Source of the DNA: Eledone cirrhosa | Lineage: Eukaryota | DNA: 64,000 bases | Direction: 5' to 3' | Assembly: GCA_964016885.1 (NCBI GenBank) | Contig: OZ024741.1 | Location: 237,956,001-238,020,000 of the forward strand | Part shown: positions 61,821-64,000 of the stretch, in pieces | Layout of the letters: every line of letters starts with the position of its first letter | How positions within the stretch are numbered: the stretch's first letter is position 1 | The notes under the pieces: generated by a model | What the model was told of the DNA's origin: nothing | What the model saw: only the letters and a program-made list of their open reading frames with translations | Databases searched by the model: none | Program-made: the position numbers and the translations under genes

Positions 61821-61939
61821 TCCTATATGAAGTTCATCATCATCTACTTCTACAGTAGCATGAGTTAGATGGTTTTGTCCCATTTGAGGCAAGTTGGGTC
61901 AGGTGACCATGTCTCACTCATATAGAACTGTTTCTGGAT

Positions 61940-62000
61940 GTTTTGTACGGCTGGATGCCCTTCTTAATGCCAACCACATTTACAGTGTTGGGTGCTTTTT
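61940..62000 (-). mobile_element. SINE fragment of another family
   Basis: The reverse complement CACTGTAAATGTGGTTGGCATTAAGAAGGGCATCCAGCCGTACAAA resembles 35630-35680. Confidence 0.5.
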
Positions 62001-62328
62001 GCCGTGCCTCTTACACGACCACTTTATAGTGTGGGCTGGATGTTTTGTGGTACCAACATAACTTTACAGAGTAAGGATGGTGTGGGCATAAGTGGGAGGG
62101 AAATGTAGGGGTGTGTATATTCCTAGAACATAATTAAATACCATAAAGCTTTTTTGTTAGGCACTCTGGTGGTTCTGTCATTTTAAAAAAGGAACATTTT
62201 AAAATTTGATTTTGATATGAAGCTAATTCCAATAACATAGTAGAATGAAATATGTATAATCTTGGAAAGTGTTGAAGTTTTCCTTTTATCTAAACAAGAT
62301 TTATCTAAATCATGTTAACAAGAAAACT

Positions 62329-62329
62329 A

Positions 62330-62362
<33 letters not shown>

Positions 62363-62610
62363 GTGTTGGTGATAATGAGAATTGTGATAATGATGATGAT
62401 GTTTGTGGTGATGATAATGAGGATTGTGCAATGATGATGATGATGATGATGGTGATGATGACAATGTTGATGATGGTGATAATGAGGATTTCGACAATAG
62501 TGATGAAAATGATGATGAAGATAGTGCTGATAAGGATTGCAACAATAATGATGATGATGATGGTGTTGATGATAATGTGGTTTGTAACAAAAATGATAGC
62601 AATGATAACC
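62329..62610. repeat. Degenerate (GAT)n microsatellite
   Basis: Read directly from the sequence; it is the source of the poly-D/M/H/S/I ORFs. Confidence 0.9.
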
Positions 62611-63479
62611 AACCTGGTATGTCCTTGCAGTGTCTTGTCCACCAGTATTGCCATGCTCCATCATAGTTATATGACATCATGGCAATGATGGGGTCATGAT
62701 CCCATATAGGGATGCTGTCTCCTTCTTTGGTGAAATATGACGAAGCCTGTTAATTAACAACAGGGTTAGTTAAATAGATTTCATAAAAGACACACTATAT
62801 ATATTTAATTACAGCTAACGAGTTGAGAGCCTGCTATCAGTGTTGCTTTGTGTTCTTGTGTATTATTGGAGTTACCCCAGCAAGCAAGCTTCATCATGTT
62901 TGTTTAATTTGTTAAAAATAGCAGTAAAATCTCCCTCAGACTACATTTTATTGTCTTAAAAAGGGAAGTACACATTCAATAATGTAGTACCAGACAAATA
63001 TTAGATCTTCCAAAAGAATGATGGCATGGTCATGGCTTCAATGTCTTTGATCATAGTGACCTGTGACTTAACAGAAAACAACCACCTCAGATTGCTATAC
63101 TATTTAATCTTACCTAATGAAAGGTTAAATTTGGAAACAAAAACACACACAATATGTTGAGTTAAAACTTTCAACCTCAGATATACCTGTTTTGGAACAC
63201 ACAACAGAATGCTGAGAACATAGGCTCTATATACACTCATATCCTTGTTTTCATCATGAGATGTTTGTGCCATCATACTCTCCTTGTAAGACAGTCAAAG
63301 GCAGTTGAAATCTCAGTAACAAGTAAGATGTCTGACACTCTAGTTGATCAAAAACAGGTGGATGTGTGGAGTTGTAACTTCTAATGATGTTGAAGGGGCA
63401 CCATTTTTTAAACCAGTTTCCTGATTTGAGTGCAGTCAACTTCTTTGATCGAGAAGTAAGAAAGAAAGAAATATAAAGG

Positions 63480-63830
63480 AAAAATCAACCCAGTACTGGG
63501 TTGGTAACTTGGAAAGATGAAAGCAAAGTTGACCTCAGTGGGTTTTGACCTCAGAGCACTGAGAGTCAGAATGAATACCACAAAATATTTTATTTAACAT
63601 TCTAACAATTGTACCACTTTGTAGCCTCATATATGTATGGAGTCATATGGGTGCTGCTGTATTGGGTGGGGGGAGAGAGAGGGGAAGAAATGAATCCAGT
63701 ACTAGACTGCTACTTTTTTTATTGATCTCGAAAAGATGAATGGCAAAGTTGAGCTTGGTGGGTTTGAATGGCAAGAGCCAGAACTAATACATCAAATCAA
63801 TCTAACTGATCTTCTAACGACTCTGTCCAT
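63480..63830 (-). mobile_element. Two degraded SINE family A copies (about 63480-63620 and 63690-63830)
   Basis: Each has AAGATGAA..GCAAAGTTGA.CT..GTGGGTTT followed by a decayed head. Confidence 0.65.
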
Positions 63831-64000
63831 CACCTGACCACATGGATACAAGCAAGCAAAGATAAAGCTTCCTGGTATTCCTCTTTCTATCGTGGAATGG
63901 CAGTGAACCAAACAGAAAACCCTGAAACTTGGAAGAGATGATGCCAGATGAAATAACTACATGACTGACTCCTGATGACTGATGTTACTCCTGTCACATT

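Noticed and set aside
62269-62688. Acidic or poly-His ORFs
   Set aside because: They derive from the degenerate (GAT)n microsatellite.
63254-63450. 61-aa minus-strand ORF or possible exon ending at GTAAG
   Set aside because: It is short, has no recognisable domain, and the plus frames contain stops.

Overview
Eukaryotic, AT-rich, apparently gene-free sequence. The SINE, RTE and MITE families look like those of an octopod cephalopod; this is an inference from memory, not a search. About two-thirds of the window is tandem repeat: a 29-bp minisatellite (1-8672), a pyrimidine compound repeat (8.76-9.89 kb), a 23.5-kb 27-bp GGT/GTT minisatellite with kb-scale higher-order duplications (9.9-33.5 kb), a 41-bp minisatellite (41.4-47.2 kb) and a 24-bp-core/(TA)n array (47.3-49.7 kb). 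All the very long ORFs are artefacts of these arrays, and I can support no host gene. The rest is transposon debris: tRNA-derived SINEs, two RTE LINE 3' fragments with a PHD-type finger inside the RT region, a Tx1-like LINE 3' end, a Chapaev3-like DNA transposon relic and a piggyBac-type MITE. The most unusual items are (i) a 2-kb non-coding LTR-like insertion with a tandem run of 'LTR end + antisense tRNA 3' end' modules, (ii) a 186-bp-arm hairpin containing a minimal hammerhead-like core, probably inverted Penelope-like pLTRs, and (iii) a cluster of inversions hinged on (TA)n tracts at 35.6-39.4 kb. No new biological system can be claimed from sequence alone.
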